Source: Candidatus Latescibacterota bacterium (GTDB taxonomy: Bacteria > Latescibacterota > UBA2968 > UBA8231). From it: a DNA stretch of 64,000 nucleotides. The notes under the pieces are model-generated. The model did not search any database. It saw only the letters and a program-made list of their open reading frames with translations, and was not told the origin of the DNA. The translations under genes were made by a program, and so were the position numbers. Where the stretch lies: assembly GCA_965203175.1 (NCBI GenBank), contig OZ241867.1, positions 2,880,001 to 2,944,000 of the forward strand, written 5' to 3'. Within the stretch, counting starts at the first letter, position 1. Every line of letters starts with the position of its first letter. This document shows positions 1 through 9,308 of the stretch, in pieces.

Positions 1-546
1 ATGATCGCCGAGGATAGCACCGAGGTGCGAGTTACCTTCGACAACGCGGTGCTGCGCTTCGGCACGACCTTTACGACGCGGGCGTTCAATTCGGGTGAGG
101 AAGTGCAGATTGCCCAAGATGTAGTATCGGGCAACGCCGCCGATCTGGGTGAAGCCGATCCGGACTTACAGCCTTTGGGTACGCCTTTCAGCGGGAACCT
201 CTCGGTGGCTGTGCCGATCGTTGGAGACCTGCTGGTCAATATAAGTGCGGTCCCCGGGGCCTTTAGCCCCAACGGGGACGGCATAAATGATCAAGCTGCG
301 GTCCAGTACGACATTACCAATATCGCTCGACCAACCGATGTAGAAATCGTCGTGCGCGACTTAGCGGGTCGGCCAGTGCGGAATCTCTACCGCGGACTCG
401 ACAGCAGCGGACGCCATGCTCGTCTTTGGGATGGCAAAAACGACGCCGGGGAGGCATTGCCCCCAGGCAACTATCTGTTCAGTGTGACGCTGGACGCTGG
501 TACTGGCCAGGAACGCGGCGTCGGCATGGTCAGCTTGGCTTATTGA
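1..546 (+). CDS. C-terminal fragment (5'-truncated by window edge) of a secreted protein with FlgD-Ig/CHU_C-like C-terminal domain
   Basis: Motifs FSPNGDGIND, RDLAGRPVR and WDGKNDAGEALPPGNY; ends VSLAY like the eight downstream paralogs. Confidence 0.75.
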   Translation: MIAEDSTEVRVTFDNAVLRFGTTFTTRAFNSGEEVQIAQDVVSGNAADLGEADPDLQPLGTPFSGNLSVAVPIVGDLLVNISAVPGAFSPNGDGINDQAAVQYDITNIARPTDVEIVVRDLAGRPVRNLYRGLDSSGRHARLWDGKNDAGEALPPGNYLFSVTLDAGTGQERGVGMVSLAY

Positions 547-552
547 GGTGCT

Positions 553-3375
553 ATGGAACGAGGGAGAGCAGTGTTGAAAGCGATGCGAAGTCTTGCAGTG
601 ATCGGTGCTTTACTTGGCTTAACTCCAGTGCATGGGCAGGAGGACTACCAGGGTCGGTTAGGGGTACAGCGCGGCGGTGCTGTCAGTTTTGAGCCTATCG
701 GCCCAGGCGTAATATTTGGCGCACTCGATCCGACGGTCAAAAAGTGGTACGTGCCGCAGGAACTCTTCGTAGACTACGGCTGGCGTCAGTGGGAGTACTC
801 CAACTACGCCCGCACCCCGTACGAGCGCTACGTCAACACTACCCGCGAGGGCGACTACTTCTACGATGTGTACGGCAATTTTACCACCCATGGTTGGCTG
901 ATCTACGACTGGCGTCAGGATCAGCCGTTGCCCTTGGGCAGCGGCATCTTCCAGGGTTCGCGTTTTAATACTTGGTTCAATGCGGTGACCATCAGCGGCG
1001 ACTCACAGGGTCAGTACAACTACGCGATCACGGTTGGCGACCGGATTCGCACGACGCTGACGCCGATGACGTTTTCCAAGCCGGACTTCAACGGGGTGCA
1101 GATCGACTTTGCCTCGGACAAGTATCAGGCGACGATCCTCGCCTCGCGCATCAGCGAGCCGATCCGCGGCTCTTCGCAGGGCATTGGCGGCAGCACCGAG
1201 CCGGTCTCCCAGACCAATACGACCTCGATGTTTGGTGGACGGGCGACGTTCCAGGTTGGCGACTTCATCACGCTGGGGGCCACACTAGTCGATGCCCGCA
1301 ACGCCAATACCACCCTTGATCTCTTCTCTGGCGACCTGATCGCCGGCAGCCTCACCGCTGGGCAGAGCACGACACCGCTGACGGCGATTGCGGTAATCCT
1401 AAGCGACGACTCGCCCGAAGACGGCGAGGGAGGTGCGGCCCTGTTCAGCCACGACGTGCGGATCACCAGCCGCGACTTCGACACCGGCAAGGAGACCGTT
1501 TCCACCTTGCAGGAGGTGGTGCGGCCCGGTTCGCAGTGGCCGGTCATCTTCGGCGGGTTCCGGCGTCCGGGCTTTTTGGCTGCGGATGGCCCAGAGCGGA
1601 TTATCGTCAACTACGACTTCAACGACCCGGCTTATATTGGTCCAGATCCGACGACCATTGTCGGAGTGGACTTCAACTACGTGGTGGCCAACGACTTCAA
1701 AGTCGAATTGTGGTCCGACCGCCAGACGGGCCAGCGGGCGGTACCAGCGGCCCCGCTGACCAGCGAAGTAATCGACAACAGCCAGCCGGCCTTTGTGGTG
1801 CTGCGGCGCGCCGAGGGCAATGTGAAGGATATCTCCAATTTGCAGCGGATCAAGTTCGATTATGGCTTGCCGACTGCCAACCTAATCGGCGGCTTTACCA
1901 TCGAGGGGGCCGATGCCTTCGGCTTTGACTTCTACGGCGAGTGGGACCGCAACAAGCGCTATGCTCAGTACCCCAACGCCGCGCTGTTCAACGAGGGGAA
2001 GAAACACGCGATCTCTTCAGAGTCATCCGACGCTTGGTACTTCAGCGCCTCGCGCGACGACTTTCCCTACTTCCTCTATGGCGAGGCCTACGCCATTGAT
2101 GAGGCTTATTCGACCACTACCTTTCTGGTCAACGCCAATGGCGATGTGCAATACGACAATAGCCAGCGGCACTTCTACGAGTTCGTCGACGACAACGACG
2201 ATCAAGATCGCTACCCCGACTGGGTTCGCTTCGGCACGATCAACGACCGGGCAATCTATCCGGGTTGGGACCAGAACAACGACTTCATCTCCGACTTCAA
2301 CCAGAACGACAATGCCACGGTAGGCAATATCACTCCCGATTACGAGGAGCCGTTCCTGCGCTACAACGTCGATCGGCCGGAGTTTCTCTTTGGCATTGAC
2401 CTCAACAACAACAACTGGATCGATCGCTTTGAGGACGATGACTTACCCGACTTTCCCTATAAACCCGATCGTCGGGGATTCAATGTCTTTGGTGGGGTGC
2501 ACCTGCTGCCGGAAGCTCGGCTGATTGTCGGTCGCACTGATGAAGAGTCGCAGACGACCGACGCGACCAACGCGACCAACTATGCGATGTTCACCTTTGA
2601 CAAGAACTACGCGGATCTGGGGCGCCTGCGGGTCTTCGATATGATCAAACAGGCCAAGGATACTATCCCCGATGCCCGCCGCGAGCCGACGCCCTTTGAG
2701 GGTGCACCGATCCAGCCCGTAGTCCGAGATATCCTCCCGGCGCAGGATACTTGGATCAACACCGCCTTTGTGCAGTTCGACTACAAGGGCATTGAGGGCT
2801 TGAACTTGGTCAATAAGCTCAAGTGGGAGACCTTCCGCCAGACCCAAGCCGAGACCCGCGACGCCAACGGTCGCCTGATGGAGGACAATTCCAGCTTTTT
2901 GGGCTTGATCAACAAGGTTGACTACACCTACGGCTTGGGACGTTTGGACTTGCAGCCGAGGTTCAAAAGCGAGCTTCTGCGCCAGACGGCTTTTCTCGTT
3001 GCAGAAGACGATCGCGAAGAATGGACGGCCACGGCGCAGTTGATAGCGACCTTGCCGGTACTGCGCCACACGATTGTGCAGGCCGGGCTAGAGCAGTTGT
3101 GGTTCAGCGACCAGAGCGTGGACGAGAACGCGCTTATTGCCGGCGGTCGCCAGCAGGAGACGGGCGACCTGAGTTCGACCAATGTGGCCGTACAGCTCTC
3201 GACCACTTCGGATTATTTGGGCTACCGGCTGACTACCCAGATTGGTCTGCGCTACGGCCGGATTTTCACCGAACAGGTGATTGAGGACAGCGAACGACCG
3301 GGTACTTTCGTGATTGGCGACGAGACCAGCAACGAGACGACCAGTTTTATTACGGTCTTCGCCGGGCTGGAGTAA
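553..3375 (+). CDS. Large secreted, probably outer-membrane beta-rich protein with Asp-rich Ca-binding-like motifs (paralog 1)
   Basis: Signal peptide (..TPVHG/QE); DDNDDQDRYPD, WDQNNDFISDFNQNDN and DLNNNNWIDRFEDDD motifs; alternating beta-strand C-terminus TSFITVFAGLE; paralog of the next gene. Confidence 0.65.
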   Translation: MERGRAVLKAMRSLAVIGALLGLTPVHGQEDYQGRLGVQRGGAVSFEPIGPGVIFGALDPTVKKWYVPQELFVDYGWRQWEYSNYARTPYERYVNTTREGDYFYDVYGNFTTHGWLIYDWRQDQPLPLGSGIFQGSRFNTWFNAVTISGDSQGQYNYAITVGDRIRTTLTPMTFSKPDFNGVQIDFASDKYQATILASRISEPIRGSSQGIGGSTEPVSQTNTTSMFGGRATFQVGDFITLGATLVDARNANTTLDLFSGDLIAGSLTAGQSTTPLTAIAVILSDDSPEDGEGGAALFSHDVRITSRDFDTGKETVSTLQEVVRPGSQWPVIFGGFRRPGFLAADGPERIIVNYDFNDPAYIGPDPTTIVGVDFNYVVANDFKVELWSDRQTGQRAVPAAPLTSEVIDNSQPAFVVLRRAEGNVKDISNLQRIKFDYGLPTANLIGGFTIEGADAFGFDFYGEWDRNKRYAQYPNAALFNEGKKHAISSESSDAWYFSASRDDFPYFLYGEAYAIDEAYSTTTFLVNANGDVQYDNSQRHFYEFVDDNDDQDRYPDWVRFGTINDRAIYPGWDQNNDFISDFNQNDNATVGNITPDYEEPFLRYNVDRPEFLFGIDLNNNNWIDRFEDDDLPDFPYKPDRRGFNVFGGVHLLPEARLIVGRTDEESQTTDATNATNYAMFTFDKNYADLGRLRVFDMIKQAKDTIPDARREPTPFEGAPIQPVVRDILPAQDTWINTAFVQFDYKGIEGLNLVNKLKWETFRQTQAETRDANGRLMEDNSSFLGLINKVDYTYGLGRLDLQPRFKSELLRQTAFLVAEDDREEWTATAQLIATLPVLRHTIVQAGLEQLWFSDQSVDENALIAGGRQQETGDLSSTNVAVQLSTTSDYLGYRLTTQIGLRYGRIFTEQVIEDSERPGTFVIGDETSNETTSFITVFAGLE

Positions 3376-3376
3376 T

Positions 3377-6355
3377 ATGAGACGGGTGCGAATAATGTCG
3401 AGGCTCACGGCGCTTTTCGCCTTCGTCCTATCCTTGGCGCTAGGCGAAGCGGAGGCCCAGGACATGGATTACGGCAATCGCCTGGGGTATCGCGTGGCCG
3501 AGCAGGTGCGCTACTCCTCGGTCGGCGCAGCGGTTGATATGGACGTGCTAGACCCGACGGTTATGCGCTGGTACATGCCGCAGGAGCTGTTCAGTGAGTA
3601 CGGGCGTCGCCAATGGAGCTACACCAACTACGCCAAAGAACCTTACCGCCGCTACCTAGACCGCAATCTCGATGGCAACTACTTCTACGACGCCTACGGG
3701 GATTTTATCACCCGCGGCTACCTCGTCTACGATTGGCGCCAGACCCAGCCGCGTGCTTTCGAAAGCAGTTCGGTCACCAAGACCGGCCGCTACGCGGGCT
3801 GGTTTGACCGCTTGATTATCACCTCAGACCAAACCAGTACTTATAGCTATTCGATCATCGTCGGTGACGAGATCCGCACCACGTTGACGCCAATGACCTT
3901 CAACAAGGTCGGCTTCAATGGCGTGGTGACCAGCTTCGCAGCGGGACGAACTCGGGCTACGGGCCTGTTTTCGCGGGTGACCCTGCCCATCGTCGATATT
4001 GACGCCGATGTCCCGACGGCCTCGTTGGAGAATTTTTCCAACTTGGCAGCTGGCCGTTTTGAACTCGACGTGGTCGACCAGGCGACCCTGGGGCTAACGT
4101 TGGTCAACGTCCACAACGGCAATGGTGCACGCGAAAGTTTTCAGGGCAACCCACTCAAAGGCCAGTTGACTTCGGGTCAACTCGACCGCCAACTGAACCT
4201 ACTGGTAGTTAGGCTTGCAGATGATTCGCCCGAAGATGGCGAAGGAGGGGCGGTGCTCTTCACTGACGACGTGGAAATTACTACTACCCTAATGCGCGAG
4301 GTCACAGTCGGCGATAGCGTACAGCTAGTAGCGCGCGATACCACCATCATCGGCAGCGGCATAGGCTTTCGCCCGGTGCGCGATGGCGGTGAGCTACGCG
4401 ACGGCTTTTTGCGCGCCGATGGCGCTGAGAGCATCGTGCTTAAGTACGTGCTGGCACCCGAGGATGAAGCCTCTGAGGAAGGCTCCCTGCGCTTGCTTTT
4501 GCAGCAGCATCTAGGGCTGACGCTGACCGAGGCCGCCGATGCGATTACCGCCATCAAAAACGTGAGATTTCGCCTAGTGCTGGCCAACGATTACCGGGTG
4601 GAGGTGTCGTCCGATCGCCAGACCAACCGCTCGGGCCAGCCTCAGTTCATCGTCATGGAGCGGGCACCGGGAAATATCAAGAACGAACTCAATCAGCGCG
4701 AGGTCGTCATCGACTACGGCCTGCCGACGGCCAGCCAGATCTTCGGGGCCAGCGCCGAGCTGCGCGACTTTTTCGGCTTCGACTTCTACGGCGAGTTCAA
4801 CGTCAGCAACCAATACCGTCAATACCCTGCGATCAACCGCAAAAAGCACGAGAGTTTCTCGGGTATCGTCGATGACGAGACCGCTCTCGGCTGGATGTTC
4901 AACTTGGCGCAGAAGTCCGGTCCGTGGCTGCTCTTTTTAGAGGGCTTCGGCATGGATGAGACGTACTCTACCAGTGTGCTGCCGGTCGATGGCCGCGGCG
5001 TGGCCGACTACTCGCCCGAGGCCACCAACCTGCTCTACGATTTCGTCGACGACAACGACGACCACGACCGGCACCCGGACCAATTGCGGATTTTTCAGGG
5101 AAGCTTGATTCCGCCGCATACGACCTCGATCAGCAACTTCACGGTGACTTCCGAGGGCGTGGCCGATCCAGCGGTTTTCCCTGGCTACGACGAGAACGGA
5201 GATTTCATCTCGGATTTCAACCAGAACAGCAACGGAGATCGGGAGAATCTTTTTCCCGACTATGAAGAGCCCTTCCTGCGCTATCACTCAGACCGGCCGG
5301 AGTTTCTTTTTGGCATTGACCTAAATAACAATGGTTGGGCCGAGCGCTTTGAAAACGACGACTTGCCCGATTATCCCTACAAAAAGGACCACTGGGGCTA
5401 CAATACCTACGCCCGAGTTCAAGTCAATCCAGAGATGCGCCTGATGGGCGGTTTCCTCTATCAGGATCAGCGCGAAACCGATCGCCGCAATGAGACGGCC
5501 TATGGAATTTTGACCTATCAGCGGGCTGGGCCTACTTGGGGTGCCTTGCGGGTCTATGACATGCTCAAAAGGGCTGAAGACACCATCCCCGACCCGCTCT
5601 CACAGTGGATTATACCCGAATTGGAGTTGGGTAGCGTCGTCGAAGAGGTCAGTGGGCGCAACGTTCCCGTACCCGACCTTTTGGCCGCCGAGGACACTTG
5701 GATCAATACGTTCTATGCCGATTGGGAATACAAGAGTCCGCGACGCTGGGCCACGCGGCACCGCTTTAAATGGGAGTGGTGGCACCAGCGCGATGCGGAT
5801 GTAGTCTTTGCTCTCGACGAGGCCGGAGAAAGGATGCTCGATGCAGAGGGGAATCCGGTGGTGCTTTTCGACCCGCTCGGTCCGGAGGCGCGCAATGGCC
5901 GTAAGACCTCGGGCTTCATTGGGCTAATCGACAAAATTGACTATGCCTTTAACTGGAAACAGCTGTGGATTTCGCCTAGGTTCAAAAGCGAATTTCTGCG
6001 CCAGGTACCATTTAACCGCGACTTGGTTGAGCGGCGCTCTTGGGACGCTTTGTGGTCGCTCTTAGTGCGTTTCCCGCTTTTGGTGAGCTCTAGTGTTGAC
6101 CTCGGCGTTGAACAGCGCCAGTTCTACAGTCTCATAGGCGACGAGGATAAACTAGGGGCAGGGGAGCGAACCGGAGATTTCAGAGGCACAGTCTTGGCTG
6201 TACAGCTGACCAACCGCAGGGATTACTTGGGCTACGAACTCACTGCTCAGCTCGGCATACGCTACGACCGACGTGCGATCGAAGTTGTCGATGGCGACGC
6301 TGAGACGCGCACGGCGGGACTGGCCTTTCTCTCGGTTTTCGCCAGTCTAAGGTAG
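3377..6355 (+). CDS. Large secreted, probably outer-membrane beta-rich protein (paralog 2)
   Basis: Start re-placed at ATG 3377 (or 3395); signal peptide ..EAEA/QD; shares LDPTVxxWYxPQELF, DDSPEDGEGGA and the D-rich blocks with 553..3375; ends LAFLSVFASLR. Confidence 0.65.
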   Translation: MRRVRIMSRLTALFAFVLSLALGEAEAQDMDYGNRLGYRVAEQVRYSSVGAAVDMDVLDPTVMRWYMPQELFSEYGRRQWSYTNYAKEPYRRYLDRNLDGNYFYDAYGDFITRGYLVYDWRQTQPRAFESSSVTKTGRYAGWFDRLIITSDQTSTYSYSIIVGDEIRTTLTPMTFNKVGFNGVVTSFAAGRTRATGLFSRVTLPIVDIDADVPTASLENFSNLAAGRFELDVVDQATLGLTLVNVHNGNGARESFQGNPLKGQLTSGQLDRQLNLLVVRLADDSPEDGEGGAVLFTDDVEITTTLMREVTVGDSVQLVARDTTIIGSGIGFRPVRDGGELRDGFLRADGAESIVLKYVLAPEDEASEEGSLRLLLQQHLGLTLTEAADAITAIKNVRFRLVLANDYRVEVSSDRQTNRSGQPQFIVMERAPGNIKNELNQREVVIDYGLPTASQIFGASAELRDFFGFDFYGEFNVSNQYRQYPAINRKKHESFSGIVDDETALGWMFNLAQKSGPWLLFLEGFGMDETYSTSVLPVDGRGVADYSPEATNLLYDFVDDNDDHDRHPDQLRIFQGSLIPPHTTSISNFTVTSEGVADPAVFPGYDENGDFISDFNQNSNGDRENLFPDYEEPFLRYHSDRPEFLFGIDLNNNGWAERFENDDLPDYPYKKDHWGYNTYARVQVNPEMRLMGGFLYQDQRETDRRNETAYGILTYQRAGPTWGALRVYDMLKRAEDTIPDPLSQWIIPELELGSVVEEVSGRNVPVPDLLAAEDTWINTFYADWEYKSPRRWATRHRFKWEWWHQRDADVVFALDEAGERMLDAEGNPVVLFDPLGPEARNGRKTSGFIGLIDKIDYAFNWKQLWISPRFKSEFLRQVPFNRDLVERRSWDALWSLLVRFPLLVSSSVDLGVEQRQFYSLIGDEDKLGAGERTGDFRGTVLAVQLTNRRDYLGYELTAQLGIRYDRRAIEVVDGDAETRTAGLAFLSVFASLR

Positions 6356-6368
6356 ATAAATCCACGAC

Positions 6369-8111
6369 ATGAGTGGTGTCTCTACTGTGCAAGGTTGGAT
6401 CATCAACCGCGGCTGCGATGCGATCTTTTTTATCGGCACGCCCCTTTTGTCGCTGGCCGCATTACTCATTGCTTCACAGTACTTCAGTTCGGCCGACATT
6501 GCTTGGTTCGTGTTGGCATTCTTTGCGGTAGGCCATCACTTACCCGGCTTCATGCGTGCCTACGGCGAAAGAGAGCTTTTCGACCGCCACAAGGCGACCT
6601 TCCTCGTCTCGCCGCTGGTGGTAACCGCCTTCGTGGCTTGGAGTGTGTTCAACGGCCATCTGGGTTTTTTCATCTTCTTGGCTCTGTGGGATCTGTGGCA
6701 TTTCTTCATGCAGCACTACGGCTTCATGAGGATCTACGATGTTAAACGCCGCAAGCCCTCCCACCTCAGTTCGCGGCTGGACTGGTGGCTGACGGCCGTT
6801 TGGTTCGGCTATATCATCATCGACAGCCCCCATTACTTGATCAATTTTCTCGAGCGCTGCCACCGCTATGGCTTCGGCCTGTACACCTGGATCACACCGG
6901 AGTTTCTCTTAGAGTTTAGAGAGTGGGTTTTCTATCTGGCTGTTGGAATAGCCGTTCTCTACGTGGTAAACATGGTCGTCGAGCGGGCGCGGGGTATACC
7001 AGTGGTTTGGCCGAAGCTGGCAATTTCGCTGACGACCTTTGCCACTGTTTATTACGCCTATATCGTCCTCGAAGATATCATCCTCGGCTACGCGATTACG
7101 GCCTTGGCCCACGACATTCAGTACTTTGCCATCGTCTGGATTTACAACCACGGGGTGCTCAAGCGCTCGCGGGAGTTGGGCGCATCCTTCTTCCGCTTCC
7201 TGTTCTCCGACGGCCGCTTCCGCATCGTGTTGTTCTACGTGATTCTGATCTTGGCCTATGGCGGAATTGAGGCCTTGGCCCGAGCGACGGACAACTACCT
7301 GATGTACGATGTGGCTAAGGTTATCATCGCCGCTTCGGCTTTTTTGCACTATTACTACGACGGTTTTATGTGGAAGGTGCGCAAAAAAGAGATCCGCCAG
7401 AATTTGGTCGACGGAGACGAGGGCGAAGCGGTCGCAGGCGACCGCAAGGGGCTGCGCGAAAGGCTACAGGAAAGCGTCGGGCGCTGGGTGGGGTTGCGCT
7501 ATGCATTCGAGACCGGGCGACAAGTGCTCTACTTCGGCGTACCCATTCTCTTTTTGGCTTGGAGCGATGCCACCTATTCGGTGTCCGATCTGGAAATGGG
7601 AGAATACATGGCGCGGATAACGCCGAATGTGGGCAAAACTCACGATGACTTGGGCAGGGCCTACGTGAAGCAAGGCCAGTACGAGCGCGCGATAGAAGAG
7701 CACCAAAAAGCGGTGGACCTGGATCCTGAATTTGCACCGGCCTATACTCATCTCGGCATTGCCTATTCGCTATCTGGCGACCCGAATCGAGCCATAGAGC
7801 TCCACCGCAAGGCCATCGACTTGGACCCAGAAATGGCCCAGGCTCATTACAATCTAGGCGTAGATTATTGGAAAATGGGCAAGCTAGTCGAGGCGGAGCG
7901 GGCTTTCAAGCGGTCAATTGAGGAGGATAGCCAGTATATTCGCGCACATCAGGCATTATCTCAAGTGTATAAAAAGCAGGGGAATAGAGCAGAGTATGTC
8001 AGAGTTTCCGCTCTAGTCCGCGACCTAGAAAAGGCCGCTCAACGCAGAGAGTTGAGCCGAAACGCTATGCCATGGGCTACGGGCACTGCACTGGCCGAGG
8101 ACACGCGCTGA
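6369..8111 (+). CDS. Polytopic membrane protein with conserved His motifs and C-terminal TPR repeats
   Basis: Many hydrophobic helices; GHHLPGF, WHFFMQHYG, AHDIQY and LHYYYDGF motifs; TPR pattern (AYTHLGIAY, AHYNLGVDY). Confidence 0.7.
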   Translation: MSGVSTVQGWIINRGCDAIFFIGTPLLSLAALLIASQYFSSADIAWFVLAFFAVGHHLPGFMRAYGERELFDRHKATFLVSPLVVTAFVAWSVFNGHLGFFIFLALWDLWHFFMQHYGFMRIYDVKRRKPSHLSSRLDWWLTAVWFGYIIIDSPHYLINFLERCHRYGFGLYTWITPEFLLEFREWVFYLAVGIAVLYVVNMVVERARGIPVVWPKLAISLTTFATVYYAYIVLEDIILGYAITALAHDIQYFAIVWIYNHGVLKRSRELGASFFRFLFSDGRFRIVLFYVILILAYGGIEALARATDNYLMYDVAKVIIAASAFLHYYYDGFMWKVRKKEIRQNLVDGDEGEAVAGDRKGLRERLQESVGRWVGLRYAFETGRQVLYFGVPILFLAWSDATYSVSDLEMGEYMARITPNVGKTHDDLGRAYVKQGQYERAIEEHQKAVDLDPEFAPAYTHLGIAYSLSGDPNRAIELHRKAIDLDPEMAQAHYNLGVDYWKMGKLVEAERAFKRSIEEDSQYIRAHQALSQVYKKQGNRAEYVRVSALVRDLEKAAQRRELSRNAMPWATGTALAEDTR

Positions 8112-8119
8112 GAAAATCA

Positions 8120-8150
8120 TTGACAAATTATCTAATCCTTTTTTTGTTAG
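8120..8150 (+). promoter_or_regulatory. Putative sigma70 promoter (TTGACA -35) upstream of 8269
   Basis: Perfect TTGACA at 8120-8125 in an AT-rich intergenic region; -10 is degenerate. Confidence 0.4.
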
Positions 8151-8268
8151 TTGGCGGTTTTACACAGGGAGTGTTCGGCGGAAATGCTCTCAAGCTAAAG
8201 GCGGTCGCCAACAACACTAGGTGGTGACGCCGCTTTTTATTTTCAACCTTACATAGGAGGTTTCAGCA

Positions 8269-9195
8269 ATGAAAAAATTGTTAGCTTTCGCCGCTACGGC
8301 GTTGATGCTGACTAGCACGGCTAGCCTCGCCCACTTTCCAGAAGGCCAGATTTTCGGGGCGTGGCAGTGGCCGTCGACTCACCTTCCCAACTTGGATGGC
8401 GACATCTCCGAGTGGAATGTGCTGCCGGCGGAGTTGTGGATCGACATCTTCCAGACGGAAGTCGCCGAGGGCGATATCGGTCGCGAGATCGATACTGCCA
8501 ACCTCAACTTCCGCGTTGCCGTTGGTTGGAACGACGAGTTGGATCGCGTCTATTATGTCTATGATCGCTTCGATGACATTTGGGATCGCGATGCTGGCGG
8601 CTTCGGCTGCTGCGGTCAGGACGACAGCATTGAGATTTTCCTCGATGCTGACCACAGCGCCGACCGCTTCGCCTTCTGGTCGGGTGACTACGAAGACGCA
8701 GAGGAACGGGCCCGCAACAACGGCCGCACCAACCAGACGGGTCACTACCGCTGGCCGGCTCTCGAGCCTTTTGGCTTCTACTGGTTCTGGCTGAGCAGCT
8801 CGACTTGGCACGACAAAGAGCCTTATTCGTGCTGCCCGACTTCCTTCAACCTCGACGGTGCTCACGGCACCGAGGCGAACTTCCAAGCCGAGTGGTACAC
8901 GGTTGGTTGGGATGATTTCGATCACAACAGCCCCGAAAACAGCATCCTCCACGACTTTGTCGAGGGTGAGATTATCGGCGTTGGTATCCAAGTCGTCGAT
9001 AACGACAACGGCCCGAGTTCGGACGATCCTCGCACTGCCAAGTGGGCGCTGGGCGGCCAGCCCTGCATCAACGGCGACGGTGCCTGCGGCAGCGACTACA
9101 TTCTGCTGCCGGTCATGGCCGAGTTGCTGCCGGAGCAGACGACGTCTGTCGAGGGCAATAGCTGGGGCCACATCAAGGCTTCGTTCGGCCAATAG
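8269..9195 (+). CDS. Secreted DOMON/CBM9-like sugar-binding protein with C-terminal SWGxIK motif
   Basis: Strong RBS AGGAGG; signal peptide; P.LDGDISEW, DSIEIFLDAD and IGVGIQVVDND CBM9-like motifs; ends TTSVEGNSWGHIKASFGQ. Confidence 0.65.
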   Translation: MKKLLAFAATALMLTSTASLAHFPEGQIFGAWQWPSTHLPNLDGDISEWNVLPAELWIDIFQTEVAEGDIGREIDTANLNFRVAVGWNDELDRVYYVYDRFDDIWDRDAGGFGCCGQDDSIEIFLDADHSADRFAFWSGDYEDAEERARNNGRTNQTGHYRWPALEPFGFYWFWLSSSTWHDKEPYSCCPTSFNLDGAHGTEANFQAEWYTVGWDDFDHNSPENSILHDFVEGEIIGVGIQVVDNDNGPSSDDPRTAKWALGGQPCINGDGACGSDYILLPVMAELLPEQTTSVEGNSWGHIKASFGQ

Positions 9196-9232
9196 GCGCG
9201 AACAGCTAGTAGTTTTTAAGTACCAATTGAGG

Positions 9233-9268
9233 AGGGAGGGTAGAGTTGCTCTACTCTCCCTCTTTGTA
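9233..9268 (+). terminator. Rho-independent terminator-like hairpin
   Basis: AGGGAGGGTAGAG-ttg-CTCTACTCTCCCT followed by ctttgt. Confidence 0.65.
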
Positions 9269-9308
9269 TTATGATTCCTACATTCTACAAACCTTGGGGA
9301 TCGCGAGC

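Noticed and set aside
1-546. Flagellar hook-capping protein FlgD
   Set aside because: Only the Ig-like C-terminal domain is shared, and there are no flagellar genes in the window.
8281-9192. 303-aa antisense ORF spanning the DOMON-like gene
   Set aside because: Shadow ORF caused by biased codon usage; no RBS or motifs. The same applies to 38218..39420 and 49874..50977.
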